A DNA stretch of 64,000 bases, taken from Acidimicrobiia bacterium (lineage in GTDB: Bacteria; Actinomycetota; Acidimicrobiia; Spongiisociales; ZC4RG35). The stretch lies in the NCBI GenBank assembly GCA_965203555.1, contig CBDBCY010000004.1:2112001-2176000 (forward strand), given 5' to 3'. The position numbers were made by a program, and so were the translations under genes. The number at the start of each line of letters is the position of its first letter. Positions within the stretch are counted from its first letter, which is position 1. Positions 46,972-57,118 of the stretch are shown one piece after another. The notes under the pieces are model-generated. The model saw only the letters and a list, made by a program, of their open reading frames with translations, was not told where the DNA came from and ran no database searches.

Positions 46972-48555
46972 ATGACACAGATGGACGGTCGTGACAGATT
47001 GCATGGGCGGCTGCGGCGTCCAGAGCTGGCCGAGGTACAGGAACTGGCGGCCTCTCAGTACATTCGCTTGTCCGCTAACGAGGCCGAATCCTATGTCGAT
47101 CAGATCCGGAACATACTGTCGGAAATCGACCGAATTGATGACCTGGAGATTCCTTCAGTTCCAGTCAGATATCCTGAGCGCGAGATAGGCGCGCCGTCCG
47201 ATAACGAGAGCGATCCGTTCAACGTATACATTCGGCGCTGTTTGGTGAGAGGCGCGGAATCGGGCAAGCTGTCAGGGAAACGAGTTGGTTTGAAAGACAA
47301 CATTAAGCTCGCCGGCGTCCCGATGACCAACGGTTCACGGCTGATGGACGGGTATGTGCCATCGATGGACGCGACCGTCGTTGAGAGGATTCTTGATGCG
47401 GGCGGGACAATCGTGGGCAAACTGAATATGGATAGTTTCAGCTTCGGCGCGGGAGGAGAGTCCAGCGAATTTGGTCCAGCCAGGAACCCTCATGATCCAG
47501 CGCATTCCGCGGGAGGATCTTCGTCCGGGAGTGCGGCGGCGGTTGCGGCCGGGGAAGTTGACATCGCGCTTGGAGTAGACCAGGGGGGTAGCGCCCGTAT
47601 TCCGGCCGCTTGGTGCGGTGTCGTGTCGATGAAGGCGACACATGGCTTGGTGCCGACCTTCGGCATCTCTTATGTGGACCACACGCTTGACCATGTTTGT
47701 CCCATAGCTTCAACTGTGAAGGATGCTGCTTTGGCACTTGAGGTGTTGGCCGGTGAAGATCCCCGAAGCCCAGTGGCTGTTCGGGTTCCATACGGATCTC
47801 AGGCATACAGTCAGGGCCTTGGGGAGAAGGGCGTCGGGAATCTTCGGATTGGCGTTCTAAGGGAATCGATGGATTGGCCAGACGGGGAATCGGACGTCAA
47901 CTCGAGCGTCCGAGATGCTGTGGAGGGACTGAGGGATCATGGTGCGGAGGTGCACGAGATCTCCCTTCCGTGGTGGAAGCAATGCGAATCGGTGATACTG
48001 GCCATAATGACTCATTCGCTTGCTGCGATGGTCGATTCTGACCTCGAAGGATATTCCCGGCCTGGTATGTGTGATCCTGGTTGGCAGAACTTGTTTGGAA
48101 AGGCACGACGCGCTTCAGGCCGTCTTCTATCACCCCTCCTGATCGTACATCTAATTCTTGCCAAATATCTGCAGCAAGAGTATTGCAGTACCTATTTTTC
48201 GAAGGCCCAGAATCTTCGGCACTTTTGGTCCCGGCAACTGGACGATACGTTCAAGGAATACGATGTGCTTGTCACTCCTACGACACCGATGAAGGCTGTT
48301 CGGCTTCCTACCGTGGAGGAGTCGGAGGTCGGACAGGCGAAGCAACGCGGCCTGTTCCGCAATAATCTCAATACATGTCCTGCGAACTTGACGGGACATC
48401 CTGCAATAACAGTGCCGTGTGGTACGGGAGACAATGGCTTACCTATCGGGTTACAAATCATCGGTAGGCGTTTCGATGAGGATCTGTTGTTTAACGTTGC
48501 GTTTGAGGTAGAAAAGGCTGCTAATGATAGATCTTCTGGCGCCGGACTGGCCTAA
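46972..48555 (+). CDS. Amidase-signature family enzyme
   Basis: KDN (catalytic Lys), GGSSSGS, GVDQGGSARIPA. Confidence 0.93.
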   Translation: MTQMDGRDRLHGRLRRPELAEVQELAASQYIRLSANEAESYVDQIRNILSEIDRIDDLEIPSVPVRYPEREIGAPSDNESDPFNVYIRRCLVRGAESGKLSGKRVGLKDNIKLAGVPMTNGSRLMDGYVPSMDATVVERILDAGGTIVGKLNMDSFSFGAGGESSEFGPARNPHDPAHSAGGSSSGSAAAVAAGEVDIALGVDQGGSARIPAAWCGVVSMKATHGLVPTFGISYVDHTLDHVCPIASTVKDAALALEVLAGEDPRSPVAVRVPYGSQAYSQGLGEKGVGNLRIGVLRESMDWPDGESDVNSSVRDAVEGLRDHGAEVHEISLPWWKQCESVILAIMTHSLAAMVDSDLEGYSRPGMCDPGWQNLFGKARRASGRLLSPLLIVHLILAKYLQQEYCSTYFSKAQNLRHFWSRQLDDTFKEYDVLVTPTTPMKAVRLPTVEESEVGQAKQRGLFRNNLNTCPANLTGHPAITVPCGTGDNGLPIGLQIIGRRFDEDLLFNVAFEVEKAANDRSSGAGLA

Positions 48556-48627
48556 TGCAATTGGATCCAGCGACAAGCACGTACCTGGTGATTCAACCCC
48601 GTGGTTTCATCCTGTAGCTCCAGACCA

Positions 48628-49584
48628 ATGAAAAGCAGCCGGCATATTACGACGGTGCTCGGTGAGATATCACCAGACGATCTTGGAGTGACATTGATGC
48701 ATGAGCACGTGTTCTGCAGTTTGATTTCTGAGTATCGTGGTGATGGTTGGCTGAATGACGGTGCTCTGGCTGTGGAGGAGTTAAGCCGCTTCAAGAGTGC
48801 CGGAGGTCAAAGCCTTGTGGATCTCACTCTCCGGGGGATGGGCCGTCAACCACAGCAGGTCCAGCGGGTCAGTGAAGCGACGGGCTTGAATATCGTTGTG
48901 GGAACCGGGCTTTATAGGCACCCCTACCTGGACAGTGAATGGATTGACCGGAACAGCGTAGATCAGCTCGCTCGCTGGATGGTGGACGAAATAGAGGTCG
49001 GCATTGACGGTACAGGAATACGTGCGGGAATCATTGGTGAGATAGGTTGTGACGCATTCCTGACAGCTCATGAAGAACGCGTGTTCAGAGCAGCTGCCCG
49101 CGCTCACCGTCGAACCGGGGTAACCATAAGCACGCACGCCGCCCGCTGGCCGGTGGGTCATGTGCAACTTGATCTCCTTGAAGAAGAGGGAGTGAGTCCG
49201 TGTCGCGTCATCATCGGCCATTGCGATTCGGTGTCAGATGCCGGTTGGATGTCGTCAGATGATGCGATTGACTATCACGAATCGTTGGTACGCCGAGGTG
49301 CCTTCGTCTCCTTTGATCACTTTGGAACCACGGCTTCTTCGTTTGATGATATCAGGGCTCTTGAGTATGTGGTGTCCTTGATCGACAAAGGTTTCACGAG
49401 GCATATTCTGCTATCACAAGATGTCTGTTTTCAGAGCTCTCTGCGGGCTAGAGGCGGTAATGGTTATGATTACCTTCTGACCAGAATCGTTCCGCAGTTG
49501 CGTGAGCAGGGCGTCTCTGATGAAACTGTATCTACGATTCTCATAACGAATCCCAGGCAGGCTCTCACCGGCGACATCCAGTGA
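48628..49584 (+). CDS. Phosphotriesterase-homology protein (Php/PTER type)
   Basis: LG.TLMHEH, GIIGEIG, STH, IGHCD, LLSQD. Confidence 0.9.
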   Translation: MKSSRHITTVLGEISPDDLGVTLMHEHVFCSLISEYRGDGWLNDGALAVEELSRFKSAGGQSLVDLTLRGMGRQPQQVQRVSEATGLNIVVGTGLYRHPYLDSEWIDRNSVDQLARWMVDEIEVGIDGTGIRAGIIGEIGCDAFLTAHEERVFRAAARAHRRTGVTISTHAARWPVGHVQLDLLEEEGVSPCRVIIGHCDSVSDAGWMSSDDAIDYHESLVRRGAFVSFDHFGTTASSFDDIRALEYVVSLIDKGFTRHILLSQDVCFQSSLRARGGNGYDYLLTRIVPQLREQGVSDETVSTILITNPRQALTGDIQ

Positions 49585-50289
49585 TTGTAGGAGAAGCTTC
49601 ACGTTGCCGAGGCCGGCCAAGGTAAATCTTGGCTGGGGAGGAGTTGGATTGGCTACCGCACCATGACACAGGGGGTTTCGTTGAGGAATCGGACCCATTG
49701 AACCCCACGAGGCCCCCGTAACACCACAAGAATGGACTCCACTGCTGCCCTCGTCGGCGCGTGAGATCCATAGACGGCGTGGTCACATTTTGATCGAAGC
49801 AATCTCGTTCAAGGAGGCACGACGGGAAACCGATGGGTGGGGAAGCCGCCATCTCCTGCGCAACAGGGCGCTAGCGAACCTGATTGCCTTGCTTTCGCAC
49901 ACGAACCGTGGTGAACAGATCGGACAGATCAGTTCTGAATGAGTACGCCCACATCCTGCGGTGTGAAGAATGGGGGGTTCGCAGAGATCCCCCGGGAACA
50001 ACCGGTCACCAACCGGATCAGGATCCCTTCAAAACACGATCCCGAATGCGGAAATTGTGGCATCCCAGCGGATGGGTGTCTTCCCGTTCCGGTAACTGGC
50101 TTTGCACCGCTTCCCACACCGTCTCCACCACTTTTAGGATCAAGCGCACGCATAATTGGAGTCTCCACCAGTTGGGGGTTGTGATTACAACTCCGTATCA
50201 AAACGGAGTCAACACCTCAACTGGTGGATTTCCACCTACCCGCGCGGCCTCTTACTTTGCCTTAGTTCGTAACTGGTGCTTGAGGTAGG

Positions 50290-51216
50290 TCACGCGGAGG
50301 TTTGGTCACCGCTTTCTTTGAACATTTCCCCGATGGCGGCCACGCTGCCGAGGACACCGCTGGTGTCGAGGGGCAGGAACACTTTGGTGGCCTGACCGTC
50401 GGCAATCCCCTGCAGAGCTTCCAGATACCGGATAGCGATCAGGTCAGGGGTGGGGTCTCCCTGGTGGATAGCTGAGAACACCTTTTCGATCGCCTGTGCC
50501 TCACCTTCGGCCACCGTCAGCAGCTTGTACCGGTCGGCGTCGGCCACTGTCTTGATTGCCATGGCTTCGCCCTCGGCCTCCAGGATGGCGCTTTCCCGTA
50601 CGCCTTCGGCCTTGAGGATTCGGGAGCGCTTGTCTCCCTCCGCCTCGGTTACCACCGCTCTTCTCTCTCGCTCCGCCTTCATCTGGCGGTGCATGGACTG
50701 GGTCACGTCGGCGGGAGGCTCGATCCGTTGAATCTCGACACGCACCACCCGGGTTCCCCATTTGTCGGTGGCGTCGTCGAGGATCTGACGCAGCTTGGTG
50801 TTTATCACCTCCCGGGAGGTGAGAGCGGAATCGAGGTCCAGATCGCCGACCACGTTTCTCAGGTTGGTCTGCGCCAACTTGGTGACCGCCACGATGAAGC
50901 GGCCCACGTTGTACTTCAGCTTGACGGGATCGGTGGCCTCGTAGTAGATCACCGCGTCAACGGTCACCACCACGTTGTCCTTGGTGATCACCTCCTGCGG
51001 GGGCACGTCCACCACCTGCTCGCGCATGTCCACTTTGATCATCCGCTTCACGAACGGCATGACCCATCGAAGCCCCGAGTCCACTGTTCTCTGATAGCGA
51101 CCCAGCATTTCGATCAGTCCCTTTTCGTAGGGCCTGACCACCTTCAGTCCGGCGGCGGCGTACAAGATCAACACCAACGCGACCGCTCCGAACAGTCCTA
51201 CGACGGCTAACTCCAT
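50290..51216 (-). CDS. SPFH / stomatin-like protein (QmcA-like)
   Basis: N-terminal [33 protein letters not shown]. Confidence 0.93.
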   Translation of the reverse strand: MELAVVGLFGAVALVLILYAAAGLKVVRPYEKGLIEMLGRYQRTVDSGLRWVMPFVKRMIKVDMREQVVDVPPQEVITKDNVVVTVDAVIYYEATDPVKLKYNVGRFIVAVTKLAQTNLRNVVGDLDLDSALTSREVINTKLRQILDDATDKWGTRVVRVEIQRIEPPADVTQSMHRQMKAERERRAVVTEAEGDKRSRILKAEGVRESAILEAEGEAMAIKTVADADRYKLLTVAEGEAQAIEKVFSAIHQGDPTPDLIAIRYLEALQGIADGQATKVFLPLDTSGVLGSVAAIGEMFKESGDQTSA

Positions 51217-51280
51217 GAATTCACTTCCTTCCTAGCTCCGACCGCGTTCAAGTCCTCGGACCTGCACCACGATCAGGTTG

Positions 51281-51724
51281 TCAAGACCGGGGAACCACTA
51301 CGAGTCGGGTTCCCTCCACCCTGACTACCTCTATTGTGTCTCCTTTGGCTATGTTTTCCTGGCCGGGTTCGACGGTGGCTCGCCACTGTTCTCCGAAAAT
51401 CCGCACCAGTCCTTCTCCTTGGATCTGGTCAATCTCCTCCAGTACCAGCCCGGTGGCGCCCTGCCAGCGATTGGCGCCTACTTGCGGCTGACCGCCCGAA
51501 TCCTGCTTCCTGATGTACCTGTGCAGAATGGCCCATGACAGGAGGGAAACACCGAAGAACACGAGCCACTGGGCCAGGACGGACAGGCCGATCCACGACA
51601 TGATCGCGGACGCCCCTGCGCCTACCACAAAGGGAAGCAGGAAAAACCCGGCTGTCAGCACCTCTCCGATTCCCATCACCGCGGCTAGACCCAACCAGAG
51701 CCATCTCCACAGTTCGCTATCCAT
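51281..51724 (-). CDS. NfeD family protein
   Basis: TM helices followed by GEQWRA ... VVRVEGTRLVV; adjacent to the SPFH gene. Confidence 0.9.
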   Translation of the reverse strand: MDSELWRWLWLGLAAVMGIGEVLTAGFFLLPFVVGAGASAIMSWIGLSVLAQWLVFFGVSLLSWAILHRYIRKQDSGGQPQVGANRWQGATGLVLEEIDQIQGEGLVRIFGEQWRATVEPGQENIAKGDTIEVVRVEGTRLVVVPRS

Positions 51725-51900
51725 GTTCTACTCCTCAGTTGGTTACGGGACGGCGCATCTTGGCAAGTTCGCGTGCCGTGTTGCCCTGATGCCTGCCAGC
51801 TTGAATTCTAGACCCCCGGCCTTTCTTATAGGATTTCAGAAAAAGCAGGTGACAACTGGGACCACTTTTCACAGCTACCTTCTAAGGTAAAGCCAATCGA

Positions 51901-54531
51901 ATGACTAAGAGATACGTTTTCGCTTTTGACGAAGCCGATCCCGGCGACAGTGGTCTCCTGGGTGGCAAGGGCGCCGGTTTGGCCCGGATGATGGAGATGG
52001 GATTGGCGGTCCCTCCCGGGTTCGTCATCACCACCGCCGCCTGCCGGTACTTTCTGCGCAATGGCAGGGTTCCTTCCCGGCTTTGGGCTCAGGTGGAGTC
52101 GGCCTTGGCCAGGATAGAAGATCAGACCGGCCGCAGTTTGGGGGGAGTGGGAGGCCCTCCGCTTCTGCTGTCGGCTCGCTCCGGCGCCAAGATCTCCATG
52201 CCGGGGATGATGGACACGGTGCTCAACCTGGGCGCCAACCAAGCGGTGGTCTCCGAGTTGACCCTGTGGTCGGGCGATTCCCGGTTTGCCTGGGACGCCT
52301 ACCGGAGGTTGATCCAGACTTATGGTGACGTGGTGTTGGGCGCCGACCGGGACGACTTCGAAGAGGTGATGACCAGCCTGCGGGAGCGCCGCAACGTAAC
52401 CGAGGACTCTCGGCTCCCCACTTCGGACCTGGTCGATGCCGTCCGCCGATTCCGCATCCTGCTGGCAGCCCAGGATTCCGAGGTGCCCGTCGATCCATTG
52501 GAACAGGTACAGACTTCCGTGCTGGCGGTCTTCGAGTCCTGGAACTCTCCGCGGGCCTACAGCTACCGGCGGATCAACGACATTCCTCACGATCTGGGCA
52601 CGGCCTGCACCATTCAAATGATGGTTTTCGGCAACCTGGGCGCCGACTCAGGCACCGGAGTGTTCTTCACTCGCGATCCTGCCACCGGACACAAGGAGAT
52701 GTTCGGGGATTATCTGGCCAATGCCCAGGGCGAGGACGTGGTGGCGGGGATCCGGCAAACATCTCCTATTTCCTTTCTGGCCGAGGCTCAACCCGGCGTT
52801 CACGCCGAATTGAAAGGCGTCGGTGATTCCCTGGAGTCGGCCTACTCGGACATGTGCGACATCGAGTTCACCATAGAAAAGGGCAAGCTTTGGATCTTGC
52901 AGACCCGGGTGGGGAAACGATCCGCGGCGGCGGCCGTGCGGGCGGCGGTCGACATGGTGGAAGAGGGACTCATCGACCGTGAAACCGCCCTGATGCGAGT
53001 GGAACCCACCCAGTTGGAGCAGTTGCTGGTGCCGGGCATCAACGAAAAGAAGTCCCCGCCGCCGGCGTTTTTCGGGTTGGAGGCCTCGCCGGGAGCGGCA
53101 GTGGGCAAAGCCGTGTTCGACGTTGCCCGTGCAGTGGAATGGGCCGGCCAAGGCGTGCCGGTGATCCTGGTGCGCTGGGAGACCACTCCCGATGACATAG
53201 ACGGTTTGTTTGCTTCGGAGGGTATTCTCACCAGCCACGGTGGGAAGACCAGCCATGCGGCAGTGGTGGCCCGCGCCATGGGAACACCTGCCGTAACCGG
53301 GGCCGCCGAGATACTGATAAACGCAGAGAAGGGGTTCTTCACCGCACCCGGCGGTTTGGTGGTCCGAGAGGGGGATACGATTGCCATCGACGGCACCACC
53401 GGGAGGGTGTTCATTGGAGAGGTCGAATTGGTGGCGCCTTCTCCTCCGGCCGAGCTGACCACTTTCTTGGAGTGGGCCGACCAGACTCGTCGTCTGGGTA
53501 TCTGGGCCAACGCCGACACCGGCAAAGACGCCGCCCGTGCCGCAGAGTTGGGGGCGGAGGGTATCGGTTTGGCCCGCACCGAGCACATGTTCATGGGTGA
53601 TCGACTACCCGTGGTGCGCCGGATCATCATGGACGAGGGGCGCATAAAAGCGTTGGCGAAGTTGGAGCAATTGCAGGCCGATGACTTCACAGCCCTGCTG
53701 GAAGCGATGGACGGTATGCCGGTGGTGGTCCGCCTCTTGGATCCCCCTCTGCATGAGTTCCTTCCAGACCGGTGGGATCTACGGGACCAATATGACGAAC
53801 TCAGGGATCGGGGAGACTCCACCGAAGAGGTGGAGAGGATGATCGGTGTGGTCAAGAGTTGGGAGGAGACCAACCCCATGCTCGGACTTCGGGGTGTTCG
53901 ACTGGGTTTGATCCGTCCTTCGCTCTACCGCGTGCAGATACGGGCGGCCTTACAGGCCATCCGGCGGCGTCTGGAAGCAGGTGGAAACCCCATGCTGGAG
54001 ATAATGGTCCCGCTGGTGGTCGATCCCGCCGAGATGGAGCGAGTGGCGGCGATGCTTGCCGAGGAACAAGGCGCCTTCGGTGTGGATCAGAAGGTGAAGT
54101 TGGGCAACATGGTGGAGATCCCGCGAGCTGCGTTGCTGGCCGGTGACCTGGCCCGCATCTCCGAATTTTTCTCATTCGGCACCAACGACCTCACTCAGAC
54201 CACCTTCGGCCTGAGTCGTGACGACGCCGAGGTGCGCTTTCTCAACACCTACCTGGCGGATGGCGTTCTGTCGCACAACCCTTTCCAATCGCTTGACGAG
54301 AGGGGCGTGGGACTGCTGGTGAAGTGGGCCACCGAACAGGGCAAGGCGGCCCGGCCGGACCTGTCAGTGGGACTGTGCGGGGAACACGGGGGCGATCCCG
54401 ACAGCATCGACTTCTGCCATCGCGTGGGACTTGATTACGTGTCGATGAGCCCACCCCGCATCCCGGGTGCTCGGCTCGCCGCTGCCCAGGCGGCTATCCG
54501 CAGCGGCCGCAGTGCGGCTGCTGCGTCCTGA
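51901..54531 (+). CDS. ppdK: Pyruvate, phosphate dikinase
   Basis: LGGKGAGL, RSGA.ISMPGMMDT, GGKTSHAAVVAR, NPMLGLRGVR, SFGTNDLTQ, CGEHGG. Confidence 0.97.
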   Translation: MTKRYVFAFDEADPGDSGLLGGKGAGLARMMEMGLAVPPGFVITTAACRYFLRNGRVPSRLWAQVESALARIEDQTGRSLGGVGGPPLLLSARSGAKISMPGMMDTVLNLGANQAVVSELTLWSGDSRFAWDAYRRLIQTYGDVVLGADRDDFEEVMTSLRERRNVTEDSRLPTSDLVDAVRRFRILLAAQDSEVPVDPLEQVQTSVLAVFESWNSPRAYSYRRINDIPHDLGTACTIQMMVFGNLGADSGTGVFFTRDPATGHKEMFGDYLANAQGEDVVAGIRQTSPISFLAEAQPGVHAELKGVGDSLESAYSDMCDIEFTIEKGKLWILQTRVGKRSAAAAVRAAVDMVEEGLIDRETALMRVEPTQLEQLLVPGINEKKSPPPAFFGLEASPGAAVGKAVFDVARAVEWAGQGVPVILVRWETTPDDIDGLFASEGILTSHGGKTSHAAVVARAMGTPAVTGAAEILINAEKGFFTAPGGLVVREGDTIAIDGTTGRVFIGEVELVAPSPPAELTTFLEWADQTRRLGIWANADTGKDAARAAELGAEGIGLARTEHMFMGDRLPVVRRIIMDEGRIKALAKLEQLQADDFTALLEAMDGMPVVVRLLDPPLHEFLPDRWDLRDQYDELRDRGDSTEEVERMIGVVKSWEETNPMLGLRGVRLGLIRPSLYRVQIRAALQAIRRRLEAGGNPMLEIMVPLVVDPAEMERVAAMLAEEQGAFGVDQKVKLGNMVEIPRAALLAGDLARISEFFSFGTNDLTQTTFGLSRDDAEVRFLNTYLADGVLSHNPFQSLDERGVGLLVKWATEQGKAARPDLSVGLCGEHGGDPDSIDFCHRVGLDYVSMSPPRIPGARLAAAQAAIRSGRSAAAAS

Positions 54532-54534
54532 GCG

Positions 54535-54963
54535 ATGGCCGAAGTCAGGCTCACCCCCGGGGGCGCGCCCCAAACCATCCTGCCCGATCCACCTTCGGAA
54601 CTGGTTGACGCCCTCAACGCGGCGCCCGACCGGACGGCGCTGGTGGAGATGGCGGCCGCTCATCCCGACCTACCGGAGGCGTGGGCCGCGTTGGGGAAGC
54701 TCTGCGAATCAGAGGCAGGCAACCTGGGGGATCTCGTGGAGTCCTATGCCTACTACCGGATCGGGTATCACCGGGGTCTGGATGCCTTGAGGCACAATGG
54801 CTGGCGCGGTTCCGGGTACGTACGCTGGGCGCATCCCTCCAACCGAGGCTTTCTGGCCAGCCTGGACGGTTTGAGGAGAATGGCGCAGGCGATCGGGGAA
54901 GATGCCGAGTCAGACCGTTGCGCGGAGTTTCTGACGATGCTCGACCCTTCCTACCGGCCCTGA
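54535..54963 (+). CDS. DUF3151 family protein
   Basis: YAYYRIGYHRGLDALRHNGWRGSG.V.W.HP.NRGFL. Confidence 0.9.
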   Translation: MAEVRLTPGGAPQTILPDPPSELVDALNAAPDRTALVEMAAAHPDLPEAWAALGKLCESEAGNLGDLVESYAYYRIGYHRGLDALRHNGWRGSGYVRWAHPSNRGFLASLDGLRRMAQAIGEDAESDRCAEFLTMLDPSYRP

Positions 54964-55435
54964 TCCAGCCTCGGATGGTTGGCGGAGCTTTCGCTCCACG
55001 CCGGTAGCTCAACGAAAAGTATCCCGAATCGGTCTGTCGGCAGGCAAAGCCACCAGCGGAATAGGGTTCCCCCGGTTTGGTGGGGGAGCCAGACGGATTT
55101 TGTTCTCTGTGGCGAGGGGCGTTAGGTTATAGCCTTTAGAGTTGGTCGATCTTTTGTTAGGAGGGTCGGGTTTTGGATATGTTTCGCAGGGCGGGGAGGG
55201 GAGTCGTGGTGTTGGGGGTGTTGTTGTCTTTGGTGCCGTTGGGTTTTGGTGGGCTGGGCTGGGAGGGGGCCGGGTTTGGGGATGGGGTAGGTTTGCAGGC
55301 GGTTTCCGATGATGCTTGTCCGTCTCCTGATGATTTAACGCTTGTTCTGGCCTAAGCGAAGACGTGCGGAGAGTATCCTTCCAAACTCTCACCCAAGTAC
55401 AACAATACTGTGCAAGGGCTACCACTAGAACGTTG

Positions 55436-56790
55436 GAGGCTGCGCGTATTTGTGGGGAGCAGGGTTAGGGAGGGGGTCCTTGGTTAGGGGTTGAGGCCTC
55501 GCTGGAATAGGTGGTGTAAGCGAATCGCCTATCCAGGAGGCCTCAATGAATGCTGATGTTATGCCGGTCCGGTTGCACCTGCGTGGTGTGCGGGTGACGA
55601 AGGTGGTGGTTGACACCGTGGGGGAGCTGGTGGTGGAGGTGGTCTCGGCGAAGAAGCTGTCGGAGTGTCCGCATTGTGGCCGGTCGTGCCGGCGGGTGCA
55701 TGACCGCCGCCAGCGGCGAATCCGCGACCTGGAAGTGAGCGGACGTTTGACCGTGCTGTTATGGACGCAGCGACGGTACGTGTGCGACCGGTGCGAGAGG
55801 CGGCACATGGAAACCCACCCGGAGTTTGTGGGTGGTATAACGCGTCGGCTGGCCCGCCGGCTGGTCCAGGACGCCCAGGCCATGCCCATCCGGGCAGTGG
55901 CCCGCCGCCACCAGATCAGTTGGCATCTGATCATGGGTCTGGTCACCGACTGGTCCCATTTGATCCGAACCCGCCGCCGTCGCCAAAGGTGCCGGGTGCT
56001 GCTGATCGACGAAACATCGATCCGAAAACGTCACCGCTATGTCACCGTGGTCGCCAACGGCGACACCGGCGAGATCCTGTCCATGTTCCCCGGACGGTCC
56101 AAACAGGCGTTGAGCAGGTTCTTCATCGAGCAGGGACCCCGCTGGTGCCAGAACGTACAGGTCGTGGTCTCAGACGGTTCCCGTTCCTACCAGGCGGCCA
56201 TCGTCCGCTACCTTCCTTCGGCCTGTCATGTCCTGGACCGGTTCCACGCCGCTCGCTGGTTCACCGACGGACTAACCCTGGTACGCCGGGACCTGCAACG
56301 CCGCCAACCCCCAGGCGTCAAACCCGCCTGGCACCCGGATCTGTTCCGCGCCCGGTACCTGCTCCTCAAAAGAAAGGCCAATATCACCCCCGAAGAGAAA
56401 AAACGTCTCCGACACCTATTCGAGGCGTACCCGCGTCTACGAGTGGCCTGGGACGCTCTCCAACAGCTCTACGGCCTCTACGAGGCCAAAGACCTCCCCA
56501 CCGCGCTCGAGGCCCTCGAACGGTTCGTCACCCTCTACGAAACCGGGCACATACCCGAGTACTACCACACCGTAAACACCGTCCTCAACTGGTCCAACGA
56601 AATCCTCAACTGGCACCACGCCCGCCGTTCGAACGGACCCCTGGAAGGCATCAACAACCTCATCCAAACCCTCCGACGCACCGCCCACGGCTTCACCAAC
56701 CCCCACAACTACGCCGCCCGAGCACTCCTCCTAACATGAACCCCACCACCCACCAGCCAGACCACCAATCCCAAAAAAACGCGCAGGGCC
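55436..56790 (+). mobile_element. ISL3-family insertion sequence (1355 bp)
   Basis: Imperfect terminal IRs GAGGCTGCGCGTATTTGTGGG / (rc) GGCCCTGCGCGTTTTTTTGGG; direct repeat GAACGTTG at 55428-55435 and 56791-56798. Confidence 0.92.
55546..56739 (+). CDS. ISL3-family transposase
   Basis: Zinc finger CPHC...CDRC, IDETS, SDG, DRFH, SNGPLEGINN...HGF.N..NY..R. Confidence 0.95.
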   Translation: MNADVMPVRLHLRGVRVTKVVVDTVGELVVEVVSAKKLSECPHCGRSCRRVHDRRQRRIRDLEVSGRLTVLLWTQRRYVCDRCERRHMETHPEFVGGITRRLARRLVQDAQAMPIRAVARRHQISWHLIMGLVTDWSHLIRTRRRRQRCRVLLIDETSIRKRHRYVTVVANGDTGEILSMFPGRSKQALSRFFIEQGPRWCQNVQVVVSDGSRSYQAAIVRYLPSACHVLDRFHAARWFTDGLTLVRRDLQRRQPPGVKPAWHPDLFRARYLLLKRKANITPEEKKRLRHLFEAYPRLRVAWDALQQLYGLYEAKDLPTALEALERFVTLYETGHIPEYYHTVNTVLNWSNEILNWHHARRSNGPLEGINNLIQTLRRTAHGFTNPHNYAARALLLT

Positions 56791-57118
56791 GAACGTTGGC
56801 GTGTGTACCAACTTTGAGGAATAATGAGTTGGTAAGCAAATACGCAATATTCTTTGTACAAAGACCAGGTAACAATCCTGCTTCTCCTCTGCCTGATCCT
56901 AATCTCGTTTGGGAAAACGGGAGCATTTGTACATTGCGGTTAGAAGTAGCAGTACACGAAGCAGGTCATATTTTTGGTCTCGATCATGCAACAATAAACC
57001 GAAATCAGAGCATCATGAACGGAACTGTTTTCACTAATGCTACAACAAACCGTCTATGTGGTCCCCAACCTATGGATATCGTAGCTTGGAAGGCACTTTA
57101 CCAGTCAGACACTACACC

